Part shown: positions 1-12,600 of the stretch, piece after piece
How positions within the stretch are numbered: position 1 is the first letter of the stretch
How the letters are laid out: each line of letters begins with the position of its first letter
Assembly (NCBI RefSeq): GCF_001194135.2
Contig: NC_068981.1
Location: forward strand, 86,096,249 to 86,130,598
Direction of reading: 5' to 3'
DNA length: 34,350 nucleotides
Origin: Octopus bimaculoides
Lineage: Eukaryota
Program-made: the position numbers and the translations under genes
Notes under the pieces: model-generated
The model's input: the letters and a program-made list of their open reading frames with translations, nothing else
Databases searched by the model: none
Told to the model about the DNA's origin: nothing

Positions 1-1435
1 GAATTCAATTGAATTTCATGGAGAGAAACAAGATAAATAATAGGGGGCAAAACTAAAGCGCGAAGGTATTATGAGATGTTTGAGGCCGTAAATAAATAAA
101 AAATCTCTATCTTATCTGCATCTTGGGTATTTCGTCGTAGTATGTCAGCGAGATAATTTAGAATGGGTTTCTCATTTATATATAGCCAGAACCTGAAGAC
201 CTTAAGGAAAAACTACGAAGGAGAGAGAGAGGATGGAGGGGTAGACAGAGGCATGGCGGGAGAAAAGATCATCATCATCATCATCATATATATATATAAA
301 GAGAGAGAGAGAGAGAAGAAAAGGAAAAGGAACATTTTATGGTACAACTCAGTATTTAATCTAGTAGGCAGAACTAAAATTGCTTGGATATAAAATATAG
401 CAAGATGTCAAGTAGAATCTGTGTTAAGATTTGTTATTTAGCTAGTAAGAATTTCAGTTGTTATATGAGAGGTTATAATGCTGTAAGGCTGAAAAAGAAA
501 GGCAAATGGCCAGCCAAAACCAATGATGCCACTATAAAACTCAAGAATTGTCTATTAAATAGTAACTGTTTGGCAAATCTGACATTTTACAATGCAAAAT
601 AGAAAAAACAGCAGAAATTAACCTTAAATATATAATGGACTCAAAAATTGATTTTTTTTAACACAAACATACATTTGTCAATCCTGATAAAAATGCACTC
701 TAGCTTTATTGAGAGTTATATCGTTCTTACATGGAGCAAGTTCTCTCAAATTCAGTACTACCTGGTTGATTGTAGATAAGGCACAACCATACAGGAATGG
801 TAGCTTCAAATCAAAATGTGCTGAAATATTTGTTTTAGTCAAAAATAAACTTTGTTTCAGGGAAGCAAAGATTTGAACAAAAGAACTGAATTCTTAGCAC
901 CTGTTATGCACAGAACTAAGTATCTTTTGTGTAAATATCAGCTTCCTTGACTTTCAACCTGGTTCAGGGAAACAAAAATAGTTTGAAGTGCAATTTCATA
1001 AAAAGACAGTTCTTAGAGTGACATCTCTTGTTCTCTTGTAAGAGGTTTTAAAGCAGAATGCAGTAATAATTTTTTTTAAAAAAAGACATTTGGAGTATTC
1101 CCATGAGAAATGAAATGAAAACTGAAATGATAAATGAGAGCTTGAAACAGCTATTTTTAAATGTATTGCTTGCATGATTTTTTTTTTTTTTAAGCATAAA
1201 GATGACCCTTTTCTTGATTGCTTTTGTTTAATATTTCAAATTATATTCAAACAACAGATAATTCAGTAAAATAACAGGTCCAGATTATCAGTTAAAAGAT
1301 TAAAAACATGAGACATGGAGTACTAGGAAAACTTTCAGTTATAATGTATTAAAGAATACTCTACACTTACATATATTGAGTTTTATAATTTATTACTTCT
1401 TAATTAATCAACACACACATACACACACAAATGCA

Positions 1436-1826
1436 GGTGTGGCTGTGTAGTTTAGAAGTTGCTACTCAACCAACAACCAAGTGATCCCAGGTTCAACATC
1501 ACTATGCAGCACCTTGAGTAAGTGTCTTCTCCTGTAACCCCAGGCTGACCAAAGCCTTATGATGTAAAATTGAAAGAAGCCTATTTTGCATTTATGTGTG
1601 TAGCTGGGGGTGTGGTTATGTATTTGTGTTTGTGTGTACTCTTGTCATGACATCATGCAATGGTTGTAAACGAGTATCACCATCATACAGGCAATGTTGT
1701 TTGTTTCCAGTCTCCTGTGAAAAATGTCTACCCGTGGGCAATATTCCTTTACCATAGAAAATCTGCCTCAACAAGTTCTGTCTGGAATTCCAAGCATAGA
1801 AAAGTGGACATTAAGTGATGAGGATG
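1436..1826 (+). mobile_element. SINE type B (tRNA-like head, RTE-like 3' tail), degenerate
   Basis: Head GGTGTGGCTGTGTAG, central CACCTTGAGTAAGTGTCTTCT motif and tail CAAGCATAGAAAAGTGGACATTAAGTGATG. Homologous to the copies at 19322 and 29121. Confidence 0.7.
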
Positions 1827-1827
1827 G

Positions 1828-1921
1828 ACCTCAGTGGAATTTAAACTCAGAACGTAAAGACAAACAAAATGCCACAGCATTTTGCCCAGCATGCTAACAA
1901 CTCTGCCAGCTTACCACCTTA
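1828..1921 (-). mobile_element. SINE type C, 5' fragment
   Basis: Reverse complement of the GCTGGCAGAGTTGTTAGC...TTCTGAGTTTAAATTCC head seen at 14107 and 14349. Confidence 0.65.
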
Positions 1922-1928
1922 ACCTGTA

Positions 1929-1968
<40 letters not shown>

Positions 1969-2267
1969 ATATACACACATATACACACACATATACATAC
2001 TTAACCAAGGGAGACAACTTCAGTAAGCATGGAGTTATCTTTCATTGAATGACAAAATATCTAAAAGTACAATATAGTATTTAGAATAAAAGGAATTTCA
2101 ATCTTAAAAGATATTAAATAAGTTAATAACAACATGTTTTATGTAAAAAAAAAATACATTAAAAACTTAATTAGAAATAAGCATGTGTTGAGAAAGAATA
2201 GGAGAAAAAATCCTTATACTTACTTCAGTCTTATTCAGACTCAAGTAGTGATGAAAGAACCATTAAA

Positions 2268-2432
2268 TACGTTCTGAGTTCAAATTCCACCGAGGTCGAC
2301 TTAGCCTTTCATCCTTTCGGGGTCGATAAAATAAGTACCAGTTACGCACTGGGGTCGATGTAATCGACTTAATCCCTTTGTCTGTCCTTGTTTGTCCCCT
2401 CTATGTTTAGCCCCTTGTGGGCAAAAAAAAAT
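2268..2432 (+). mobile_element. SINE type C, well-preserved 3' part
   Basis: ACGTTCTGAGTTCAAATTCCACCGAGGTCGAC...GGGGTCGATAAAATAAGTACCAG, with CpGs retained and an A-rich end. Confidence 0.75.
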
Positions 2433-2715
2433 AAGAAACTGTGAAAGTCTGTTGAAGGGAATGTTCTTGTTGGTGATAGACTTCATCTCTTGTCCAGTTC
2501 AACATCAGCAATTTGTCTTCTGGTGCATTTAGCAGAGTCCACTCTGTTGCAGGAGTTCAGGTCACATCTCTCATCTGAAGATAACTTCTTCCTTTTGTTT
2601 CATCAGCTTTGAAGACCTTGCAGAATTTAATGGGTTTCTTACTTTGAATAAGCAAACTTTCTATAAAATTTTTGTTAACTTATTCTAATTTCCTTTTTTT
2701 AGTTATGTAGGTAAA

Positions 2716-2871
2716 GGCATGGTTGTGTGGTCAAGAATCTCACTTTGCAACCACATCATTTCAGATTCAGTCCTACTGTGTGGCACTTTGCACAAGTGTC
2801 TTCTATTAGCCCTGAGTTGACCAATACCTTGTGAGAGAATTTGAAAGACAGAAACTGTGTAAAAGCCTATC

Positions 2872-2902
<31 letters not shown>

Positions 2903-2982
2903 TGTATGTATGTATGTATGTATGTATGTACGTATGTATGTATGCATGTAATTATGTACATACAGACACATACACGTGTGTG

Positions 2983-3023
<41 letters not shown>

Positions 3024-3232
3024 CTGTGTTTGTCCCCACCACACTGCATAACAACTGTGTTGATTTATTCACATCCTTGTAACTTAGAATTTTGACAAAA
3101 GAGGCTGACAAAATGAGTATCAAATGTAGAACTATGTCCTGTGGATGGTCTGCCTGTCTAGCTAAAACTCTTCATGGTGATGCTCCAGCCTGGTCATGGT
3201 CCAAAGTCTGAAACATGTAAAAGACAAAAGAC
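2716..3232 (+). mobile_element. SINE type A with internal (TATG)n/(TG)n
   Basis: Same head and body as the copy at 15353-15746. Tail GCTCCAGCCTGGTCATGG...CTGAAACATGTAAAAGA. Confidence 0.75.
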
Positions 3233-4527
3233 ATGTTTTAAAGTTATGTTCCAGTATCCCCCTCTGGACTCCTTAGCCTATATTTTTCCATATTTATCTA
3301 AGAACATTAAACAGAAATGTATTTCTTAGGAAATCAATTATATCAGCTTCAATTTAACTAGAAGAGCTTTACAATACCCAATATAATTAATATATATCAT
3401 GTTATACATCATTTAGAGAAAAATGTTTGCTAATCAAAGCAGAAATATTCCATAATAGCTTTGTTGTGCTAAACAATACACTGAATTAAGCCTTGTTTAA
3501 TGATCAATATTGGTTAATTAGTTACAGACTCAAGCTATTTATTACTATTTCTATTTTAGCAAGTCCTTAGTTATTAGTAAATGTCAGAAAACATATTTAA
3601 TCCTATCCATTTGACTTGAGACCACTGCAAATAGTTATCTCTTCAGTGTTAGAATATATACGCTTAACATCTTGCTTTCTTTCATATTGATCAATCTTCA
3701 ATATTTATTATGTTTGTCTATGCTTCTGTCTGAGTAGTAAATATAACAAAGCGGTTTTCTCAGTAATATTTTCTTAACATTTCTTTTGTATAGTGATATT
3801 TTTTAATCTTGTTTTAGATGAATAGAACCCAAACAACTCTGAGCAAGGCTAATTTTAGATTGTCTAAATGTGTAAATATCTATATACATACATACATACA
3901 TACATATGTACACACATACATATACTTATACACATGTATACACATATATATATTTGATTAATGAGAGAGATGGAAGATAGAAGATACAAGAATGTTTATT
4001 GATCACTACAATTATTTCAAGCCATCTAGCATCGATCCCTCACAGGTTGTTATACTGAACAACTGGTTTAGGAGTATCTGTTAGTGTAGATGTGTCTCTT
4101 CAGGGGATTACAAGATGTATCTCATAAAAATAATGTCTATTCCACAAATTTTTTTTCTTGATATGTATATAGAAAAGCAGCAAATTATGGGATACAACAC
4201 CATTATTATAGATGATCAATAAAAATCAGATGCAAAAAGAAACAAATGCAAAAATAAAGAAATACATAATTCAGCAAAAAAAGTATTAAATGTAACCATT
4301 AGCAGATATGAATGATAAATGCCTTTGCTTACATTGTATGGCACACATACACTCATTTGTACAAACTTACACAAAAATATAAGCATACACACATGCATGG
4401 TTTGGCACATATATGCTCACAGTGAATTAAATAAATACTTTGTGCTTATAAGAATGGGGAGGTTAGAATTAATTCATCCATACCGTAAAGTACATTATAT
4501 TTATTAATTGGTTAACAATTACTCAAA

Positions 4528-4979
4528 TTAATTCTCATTGCATTGTGTGAAAGTGCATTTATAAGCATGTAAGCATCTTGACAGTCTTTCGGAAACCCTA
4601 TTAATGATCTTCTCATTAGTCCGCAAAATAGATAAGGATTCCTTGGAGCAGAATCTACATCTCCTGGAAAGGATATTATACAGTTTTGCATGCTTTATTA
4701 TGGACCAAATTTGATCATTTTTATCTTCCTTAAGTTGCCACACAAAATCAACCAAAGATGTCGAATACCTCTCGTTGAGATTCTTGAATCTGGTGACACA
4801 ATTGCAAGAGCGATTCTTGAATGAATCAGCTGTTTTCCCAATGTAACGTATGATCCCCCACCCTTCTGTGTACGGTGCATTTATATACAAGATATATACT
4901 CATATATATATCCTTAATGATATATCCTTGAAGATATACAGAGGTTCATCGTTGGGCATTTTGTTTTTTCTCTGCATGA
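4528..4979 (-). mobile_element. Penelope-like retroelement remnant: Cys-rich linker + GIY-YIG endonuclease, frameshifted
   Basis: The minus strand reads SCREKTKCPTMNLCISSRIY (4979-4920), then VYKCTV, and after a frameshift YIGKTADSFKNR...YSTSLVDFVWQLK...WSII...RCRFCSKE...INRVSE...CLHAYK. This is the typical C-terminal PLE GIY-YIG architecture. Confidence 0.75.
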
Positions 4980-5304
4980 GTATATATTAGATTTAGTTGT
5001 ATATGTGGCAGTGCTGACTTCAATTTCCAATGCATGCTGGCTATATCACTATTATTGGTGCTATCATGATGTGACCACAGCAGGTATTTTTCATTCTTGT
5101 TGGTATTTCCTTTCTTGACATTTTGATGTCTATATTTGTTGTCTTTTCTATTTATTGAGCCAGAAGAAGTATGCTTGTCATAAAATATAGTTCCAGTAGG
5201 TGGGTTATTCATATGTGTGTGTGTGTACCTGCATGCATGCATGCATACACATGTTTATATATATGTATATACATGTATATATTTATGTGTGAACCTATAT
5301 GCAC

Positions 5305-5580
5305 AAAGGTGTATGGCCTAGTGGTTTGAATCTTTCACTTATGATTGTTAGATCATAGTTTCAAATCTCCAGACTGGTTAATATGTTGTGTTCTTGAATA
5401 AAACAGTTCATTTCACATTGTTCTGCAATCACTTCAATACTGTGTACCTGTACAGACAATGGTGAGTTGATGGAAGAAATGAGCTAATGTACAGCACACA
5501 TTTGATCACAATAAACTAATCAACTATTCAGGTTGTTCTGCACGAAGTGTTGGAACCATCATCTGTTGTTTATGACAGGA
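5305..5580 (+). mobile_element. Degenerate tRNA-headed SINE (a different type from A-D)
   Basis: A-box-like GGTGTATGGCCTAGTGGTT and B-box-like TTTCAAATCTCC, followed by GTTGTGTTCTTGAATAAAAC. Confidence 0.45.
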
Positions 5581-6198
5581 ATATTTGCTTGACTGTCGAC
5601 TGGTTCATTTCTGCTCTCTTGGGCTATAACCTTAGCATTTACTTTCAGCCCCTGGTTTGACTTATTTTTCCACCTTTCATTTTGTCTTTCAATCTATCTC
5701 TTCCTTGTTTCTACCTTTCAACTCTTCTTTCCATTATGTCTATCTTTCTATTTCTCTACTTTCCTTTTGAAATCCTATGTGACGTCATTTTCCATCAGTG
5801 TTACTTCTGCATACATTTCGTCATAATGCTGTCTCATAACCAAAAAGGCTTTTACATGCCTCTATATATTTATATATATATAACAACTACTTGTGTTGCT
5901 TTCCATTATGTCTTGTGTCATTGTTTCATTTGTTTATGCTTTCATCACCAACTTTTATGTACATTTATTTATCTTAACAGCATTTTGCTGTTGACACCAA
6001 AAAATGAACAATCTTATTGATAATGGCACAAAATTGCAAAGATCTTTGGTTGATAACTGATGGGAGATTATCATGTCTACGTCTTGTGTGTGTTTTGTCC
6101 ATGTGTTCTTTTGTTATTCATCAGCAATTTTTTACTTTTATATGCATGTGTGTGTATATCTATATATACATACATACATACATACATACATACATACA

Positions 6199-6584
6199 TT
6201 GTTGTTGTTGGCACTCCGTCGCTCACAACGTCGAGGGTTCCAGTTGATCCAATCAATGGAACAGCCTGCTCGTGAAATTAACGTGCGAGTGGCTGAGCAC
6301 TCCACAGACATGTGTACCCTTAACGTAGTTCGTGGGGAGATTCAGCGTGACACAGTGTGACAAGGCTGCCCTTTGAATTTCAGGCACAACAGAAACAGGA
6401 AGTAAGAGTGAGAGAAATTTGTGGTGGAAGAGTACAGCAGGGTTCGCCACCATCCCCTGCCGGAGCCTCGTGGAGCTTTAGGTGTTTTCGCTCAATAAAT
6501 ACTCACAACGCCCGGTCTGGGAATCGAAACCACGACCCTATGACCACGAGTTCGCTGCCCTAACCACTGGGCCATTGCGCCTCC
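6199..6584 (-). mobile_element. SINE type D (tRNA-derived head, (AAC)n tail), young copy
   Basis: Minus-strand head GGAGGCGCAATGGCCCAGTGGTTAGGGCAGCG...TTTCGATTCCC. Reverse-complement homologue of 11967-12348. Confidence 0.85.
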
Positions 6585-6733
6585 ACTACATACATACATA
6601 GATACATACATACATACATACATACATACATACATACATGATGATGGCCATCCACTCGTGACCGAGGAAGACCATTGCCGACCTTCAGGAACATTCTGCG
6701 CTCTAGGACTAACTTACATTTTGCATTTATGGC

Positions 6734-7282
6734 NNNNNNNNNNNNNNNNNNNNNNNNNNNNNNNNNNNNNNNNNNNNNNNNNNNNNNNNNNNNNNNNNNN
6801 NNNNNNNNNNNNNNNNNNNNNNNNNNNNNNNNNNNNNNNNNNNNNNNNNNNNNNNNNNNNNNNNNNNNNNNNNNNNNNNNNNNNNNNNNNNNNNNNNNNN
6901 NNNNNNNNNNNNNNNNNNNNNNNNNNNNNNNNNNNNNNNNNNNNNNNNNNNNNNNNNNNNNNNNNNNNNNNNNNNNNNNNNNNNNNNNNNNNNNNNNNNN
7001 NNNNNNNNNNNNNNNNNNNNNNNNNNNNNNNNNNNNNNNNNNNNNNNNNNNNNNNNNNNNNNNNNNNNNNNNNNNNNNNNNNNNNNNNNNNNNNNNNNNN
7101 NNNNNNNNNNNNNNNNNNNNNNNNNNNNNNNNNNNNNNNNNNNNNNNNNNNNNNNNNNNNNNNNNNNNNNNNNNNNNNNNNNNNNNNNNNNNNNNNNNNN
7201 NNNNNNNNNNNNNNNNNNNNNNNNNNNNNNNNNNNNNNNNNNNNNNNNNNNNNNNNNNNNNNNNNNNNNNNNNNNNNNNNNN
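6734..7282. other. Assembly gap (N run)
   Basis: 549 N. Confidence 1.
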
Positions 7283-8964
7283 ATCAATGGAACTGTAAAG
7301 ATATGTAAAACTTTCCAAAAATTTGGCACATAAATACATATGCATGCATCTAGACAGGAAAATATATACATAAAAACGCATCCATAAAACAAACATACAA
7401 ATCTGCGCATACACTAACACCAAATACTGCACACACACACACATATGCACAAATACCTAGATGATGTTGATAAAAGTTCCAATGAAGGAGCCTTGAATCT
7501 ATGTTAGAGTCCGGCTCTTTCTCTATGGACAAGAAATACAGAAATGAAACTGATTGATAACATACATATATGTTTGATAGGTTGGTTGATATGGCAATAA
7601 AGGCTAAGAGACAGGCTTGAGAAACTTGGGAGGAAAGGGGTCATAGAAGAGCAGCTAGACAAGTGCATTTGGCTAAAAGTGAAGCAGAAAGGAAGAGAGC
7701 TGCACTTGTCCTGCAACATGAGGATCAGTGACATAAAGTGTTTAGAATTCTGAGACAGTGTGTGAGATAGAGCTGAGACATCACTGGTGAGAAGTGTGTT
7801 TGGAATGATGTGTATTATGTATTCCAGTACTTCATATAAAAATCTGCTCAGAAAAATAACTATTTTATGTTTGATGTTTTAAATGATTCATGGAGTTGTT
7901 TAAAATAGCTACAATAGCAGCAAAATATTACTAACCATCTACTTTTTCATAAGTATATAGCCAGTTTATTCTGCATTTGATGTAGCATTTGAATGTAGCA
8001 TTTGAATCTTATACTTTGCCCCTGTAAAAAAAAAAAAAATAAGAAAGAAAAGATATTTTAACAGAGTTCTGATTCATTCCTGCAATGACTGGAAAATTTC
8101 CAGAAAGCTATTCATATTATCATGCTTGACTGCACATTATTAAGCTGTTTCAGTGGCAGTGTTCAGTAGAATTTGACTTTACTAGATAAAATTCCATGTA
8201 GAATTTAATTACACCCCTTACAGATCTGAGTTCAAATCCCACCAAGATCTACTTTACATTTTATCTTTCTAGGTTTATATTAACTGGTTCTTGTTGCTTA
8301 CTTGAATCTGTTAAATCTACACCTTTCTCCTAAAATTTGTGCCTTTCTCCTAGTATTAGAAATCATTATTATACCTTTTGTCTTTTCAAAGTCAATAAAA
8401 TGAGTACTAGTCAAGTACTGAGGAGGTCTTTGCAATCGACTTCTCCCCACCCCTAACAACTGCAGGCCTTTTACTAAAATTTGAAGTCATTATTATGCTA
8501 TCTTTTTATATTGATATATTTGTCAGGAATTCTGTTTGATCAACATATATAGTAAAATTCCTTAGTAACTCATATTTTGCTTCTCCCAGAGAGCTGCTGC
8601 CTTGGTTATATAAAAAACTGTAATGGGACTGATATTCTTATATAAACACTAGCATATACAAGATGACACTGCATCAATTTCATTAAGATTTTGTAAATAA
8701 TACTAATTTTACATCATTTTTTAGATAATCTTAGTTGATATTTTTGTTTTCCCACAAAAATACAGAAAGGTGCTGTATTTATCTCATTCTGTTAGGTTTG
8801 TAAAGTTGTCTTCAACTAAGGATTAACTGTTATTGGATGGATCTGATTCTTGTGAGATCCATTTCATCTCTTGTAAGATCTTTCATTAGGATCAACCTTG
8901 GAAGTTGATTCGAATGAAAGGATATATTAAGCCCTTAGCATCTAGATTACTCTGTCAAATGTCT

Positions 8965-9260
8965 GGTACTTATTCTATTGGTATGTTTTTTTTTGGTGGG
9001 GGAGGGGGCTAAACTGCTAAGTTATGGATATGTAAACAAACCAACATCAGTTGTCAAGCAGGGGTTTAGGATATACACAAACATAAACACACACATACAT
9101 ATGACAGGCCTCCACACAGTTTCCATCAACCAAATTCACTCACAAGGCATTAGTGAGCCTGAGGCTATAGAGGAAGTCATTTGCCTAAGGTGCCATGTTG
9201 TGGGACTGAACTTGAAACCATGTAGTTGTAGAGTGGACTTCTTAACCACACAGCTATGTC
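8965..9260 (-). mobile_element. SINE type A, degenerate
   Basis: Reverse complement of the type A head and body (CTTAACCACACAGCTATG; GGTACTTATTCTATTGG). Confidence 0.7.
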
Positions 9261-9349
9261 TATGTCTGTATAACTATAAGAAAACAAAAGAAATTTTTTT
9301 ATTTATTATTTATTTATCCTTCTTCCAAAATTCTTCCTGTGATATTTAA

Positions 9350-9720
9350 GAATATTTTAAGCTTATAGACAGAGCCAATTTGTAAACAATGAGGTACATT
9401 TCACAGAAGACAACTGACAGGAAATGACTTTTGAAGGTCCATTCTTTGCTCATGATGAATTCTATCCCACCTGTTGCTCTTGCACTTTCTGATTTTCCCA
9501 TTCTCATAATGCTTCCATCTGTCCATCTCACATTTATTTCTTTTATTCAATGTGTTTTGCAGAGCCCTAGCACATTGCATTCAACCTTTTTCTCCTCCAT
9601 TAGATGGGCCATTCCAGTTCTCTTTGCCAAAGACCTGCAATTGGGGGAAAATATGGCAGACTGTTATCTGATAGCTTTGTAGTCTATAGGTACTCAAGAT
9701 TCTTATCAACCTCTGGTTGC
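9350..9720 (-). mobile_element. RTE-like LINE apurinic endonuclease remnant
   Basis: The minus frame reads LAKRTGMAHLMEEKKVECNVLGLCKTH*IKEINVRWTDGSIMRMGKSESARATGGIEFIMSKEW. This resembles the APE N-terminal DVLGLxETR and GGVGFIV motifs and contains a stop codon. Confidence 0.6.
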
Positions 9721-10082
9721 TCAGATTTTGTTCTGTTGCCATAGAGCAGTCCATGACGTGCAGGATTCTGAGATTCATTCTTCATATTGTTGTTGCTTTC
9801 AAATGAAATCACCCTGATGGCTATGTGGGCAGGCCATGATTACCTCTTCAGATTATAACCTCTATTGAATAGACAGTCTCTACTTAAGGTATGTAGTTCC
9901 ATGCCTTTATAGCTTGGTTGGACCTGCTAAGGCATACACCCTGCTACCATAGTTACTGAATGACCATTGTCACTGTTGCACCACTATGAGATACTGAAGT
10001 CTCGTTTTGCAACATATATGTATATATATTTATTTATGTATATGTACACATGTGTGTATAAATATTTGCATTTACACGCACG

Positions 10083-10116
<34 letters not shown>

Positions 10117-10374
10117 TCTGTTTGTCTGTCTGTCTGCTGTTATACATATTGTCTACTCTTGAAACAAGCAATACTGCATTTCAGCTGCCGAAAATTTTAT
10201 CAAATCCGTTTTACCTAAATAAACCCATATCTTATTGTATACTAGTGTATGTCTTGAAAAGTACAGTTGTTGCTCTATGGAAAGAAACAGTGATATAAAA
10301 TATTTGCTGCTGCTATTGGTGGAATTATTCAGTTAATCTCCAAATGTGCAAATCCTTTGTTAGTTTTATTACTA

Positions 10375-10800
10375 CTTTGTTGTTGTTTAGCCTCAAGTCA
10401 ATCTTGATTGAGCAGACTTATGATCAAAAGCTTTATAGTTGTGATCATCCCTTCTTTGTCAGTCTTTGTCTTTTTATTATCATTTTTGTTTTATTGTTGT
10501 TGTTTAGCCTCGAGTCAGTCCTGATTGAGTAAACCTGTGACCAAAGGCTTTTAAATTGTGATCAGCCGTTCTTTTATTCAAACACAATGAATACTGAAGA
10601 CTACATTATCTAATTTATCCTTCTTTTTTTTTTTCTTTTTGGAGGATAGGATCTAGTTTGAGGGAGACTTAGATACTGTTTCTTGCATACTGAGTAAGAT
10701 ACATGATCCCCTTGTTTGTTTGTTTTTATTACTGTTATTGTTGTTCAGCTCCAATTCAGCTCTTATCAAACAGACCTGTGGTAAAAGTCTAATAATCATG
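10375..10800. repeat. Three dispersed direct copies of a ~80 bp unit starting (TTG)n
   Basis: TTGTTGTTGTTTAGCCTC.AGTCA.TC.TGATTGAG.A.AC.T.TGA.CAAA.GCTTT occurs at ~10375, ~10492 and ~10735. Confidence 0.65.
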
Positions 10801-11689
10801 ATACTTATTTAAAACCCTTTTCTCCACTCCTTTTGACTTTCAGCTATCTTTGCTTCTCTCCAGTAGAATCTCTGCTTTTCCCTTGCAGCTTCTTTTCAAA
10901 CTTTGCTACACCATGTCATATGTTTCCCCAAGGGAAGACCTTTCACTCCCAAGTCTTGTTAGTTTTTGAATTACCATTGATGCTTCTGTAATTTTACCTT
11001 TTTTCTAGCTATAGGTATCAGTCCTATGCAATCCAATTTTCACCTCTGGGAAGAAGTGGTCCATATTATCCTGGCCTCTATCCTTTGACCTGTCCAGCAT
11101 AGGAAGCACAACATGGAGCTTGCATTTTGCTGGTATAGCTCTCAGTTATTCTGTAAACTAGTACAGTATTTTGAAAGAAAAAAAATTCCTTTTCTTAGAA
11201 AATACAAAAAATGTAAGAGTAACATTTTAACATAAGCTTTAGGTTTCTTTATTTAATTTATTTTTTGTGCATTATTTATTTTTATGAAGCTGAAGTTGAG
11301 TCATAGTCTGGATGGCTTGGTTTTAGCAACAATTCTGATTGAATCAACATTTCTGGACAAACTAAACATTATCCAAAATACAGTGAATTCATGTGATATT
11401 TATGTTAGGCATAAATAAACTTTGGCAAGGCTGTCTATGGCTGGTAGTTATTAATAAATACTTAAGTTATTCTTGTCTGCTTAGGAATTTGATCTAAAAT
11501 CACATGTAGTGACTAACACAATTGCATTTTGATAATCAATATAGCCCTTAGCAACACTTAAAATCATAGATCAATAATGGAGCTCTTACACTGTTATTCA
11601 ACCTGCTAGAAATGGAAGGGATATCCCTCCTTATATTGCACTATGTTATATCTACTTGAGCTGAGATATTCATTATCATACCAGACAAA

Positions 11690-11840
11690 ATACTTGGTGA
11701 CAATTCTTCCAGCTCTATACATTCTGAGTTCAAATCCAGCTGAGATCAACTTTGCCTTTTACTCTTTTGGGGGTCAATGTAAGCAACTAATCCCCACTTC
11801 CTAAAATTGCTGGCCTTGTGCCACAAATTTGAAATAATTA
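11690..11840 (+). mobile_element. SINE type C fragment
   Basis: TTCTGAGTTCAAATCCAGCTGAGATCAACTTTGCCTTT...AAATTGCTGGCCTTGTGCCAC. Confidence 0.6.
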
Positions 11841-11966
11841 TTTTATTATAAAACTATGAACGATCAAGCATCAAAATCTTCCACATTGCATATATGACCT
11901 GAATCTCTACGTTCACTTGAGTTGCTAAGATGTCAGTTGTTGGCCAATTCTTTTAGGCTTTGTTGT

Positions 11967-12348
11967 GGAGGCGCAATAGCTCAGTGGTTAGGGCAGCAGA
12001 CTCGCGGTCATAGGATCGCGGTTTCGATTCCCATAACGGGCGTTGTGAGTGTTTATTGAGTGAAAACACCTAAAGCTCCATGAGGCTCCGGCAGCGGATT
12101 GTGGCGAACCCTGCTGTACTCTTTCACAACAACTTTCTCTCACTCTATCTTCCTGTTTCTGTTGTGCCTGTAATTCAAAGGGTCAGCCTTGTCACACTGT
12201 GTCACACTGAATATCCCTGAGAACTATGTTAAGAGTACACATGTCTGTGGAGTGCTCAGCCACTTGCACGTTAATTTCACAAGCAGGCTGTTCCGTCGAT
12301 CGGATCAACTGGAACCCTTGATGTCGTAAGCGACGGAATGCCAACAAA
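11967..12348 (+). mobile_element. SINE type D, young copy
   Basis: tRNA-like A and B boxes (TAGCTCAGTGG; GTTTCGATTCCC), then a ~300 bp body ending GCCAACAA. Inverted homologue of 6199-6584. Confidence 0.85.
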
Positions 12349-12483
12349 TAGGCTTTGTGGGTTACTTTTATCTTCTTTCACTTTGTCCTGTATTTTCCTG
12401 TTTCTTTTTTTCTTTTTTTATTATCTTTTTCCCATTTCGTTTTGGTGATATCTTAGGCTTTCTACCAACTCCAACTTCACTAC

Positions 12484-12518
12484 ATACACACACACACACA
12501 CACACACACATACATACA

Positions 12519-12551
<33 letters not shown>

Positions 12552-12554
12552 GTG

Positions 12555-12597
<43 letters not shown>
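12484..12597. repeat. Compound microsatellite (CA)n(TACA)n(TG)n
   Basis: Direct inspection. Confidence 0.9.

Positions 12598-12600
<3 letters not shown>

Noticed and set aside
389-450. TATAAAA plus ATG405 plus GTAAGA donor as the SLC6 first exon
   Set aside because: The TATA-like box is too close to the ATG, and the phase mismatches the main acceptor at 16759. It is kept only as a weak candidate in the findings.
4920-4990. Possible selenocysteine (in-frame TGA) in the PLE Cys linker
   Set aside because: The codons at the Cys positions are TAC/TGC/TGT. No in-frame TGA is present.
5780-5787. Perfect CRE palindrome TGACGTCA
   Set aside because: A single 8-mer in 34 kb with no supporting promoter context is compatible with chance.
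6640-6733. GC-richer segment before the first gap, possibly a LINE 3' end
   Set aside because: It is too short and truncated by Ns to assign to a family.
6560-7450. Long ORFs spanning the N runs (also 16113-16787 and 22897-24019)
   Set aside because: They stay open only because N codons contain no stops.
11967-12050. tRNA-like cloverleaf heads with A and B boxes (also 6500-6584 and the type A/B/C heads)
   Set aside because: They lack a proper acceptor stem and continue into repeated SINE bodies, so they are tRNA-derived SINE heads and not tRNA genes.
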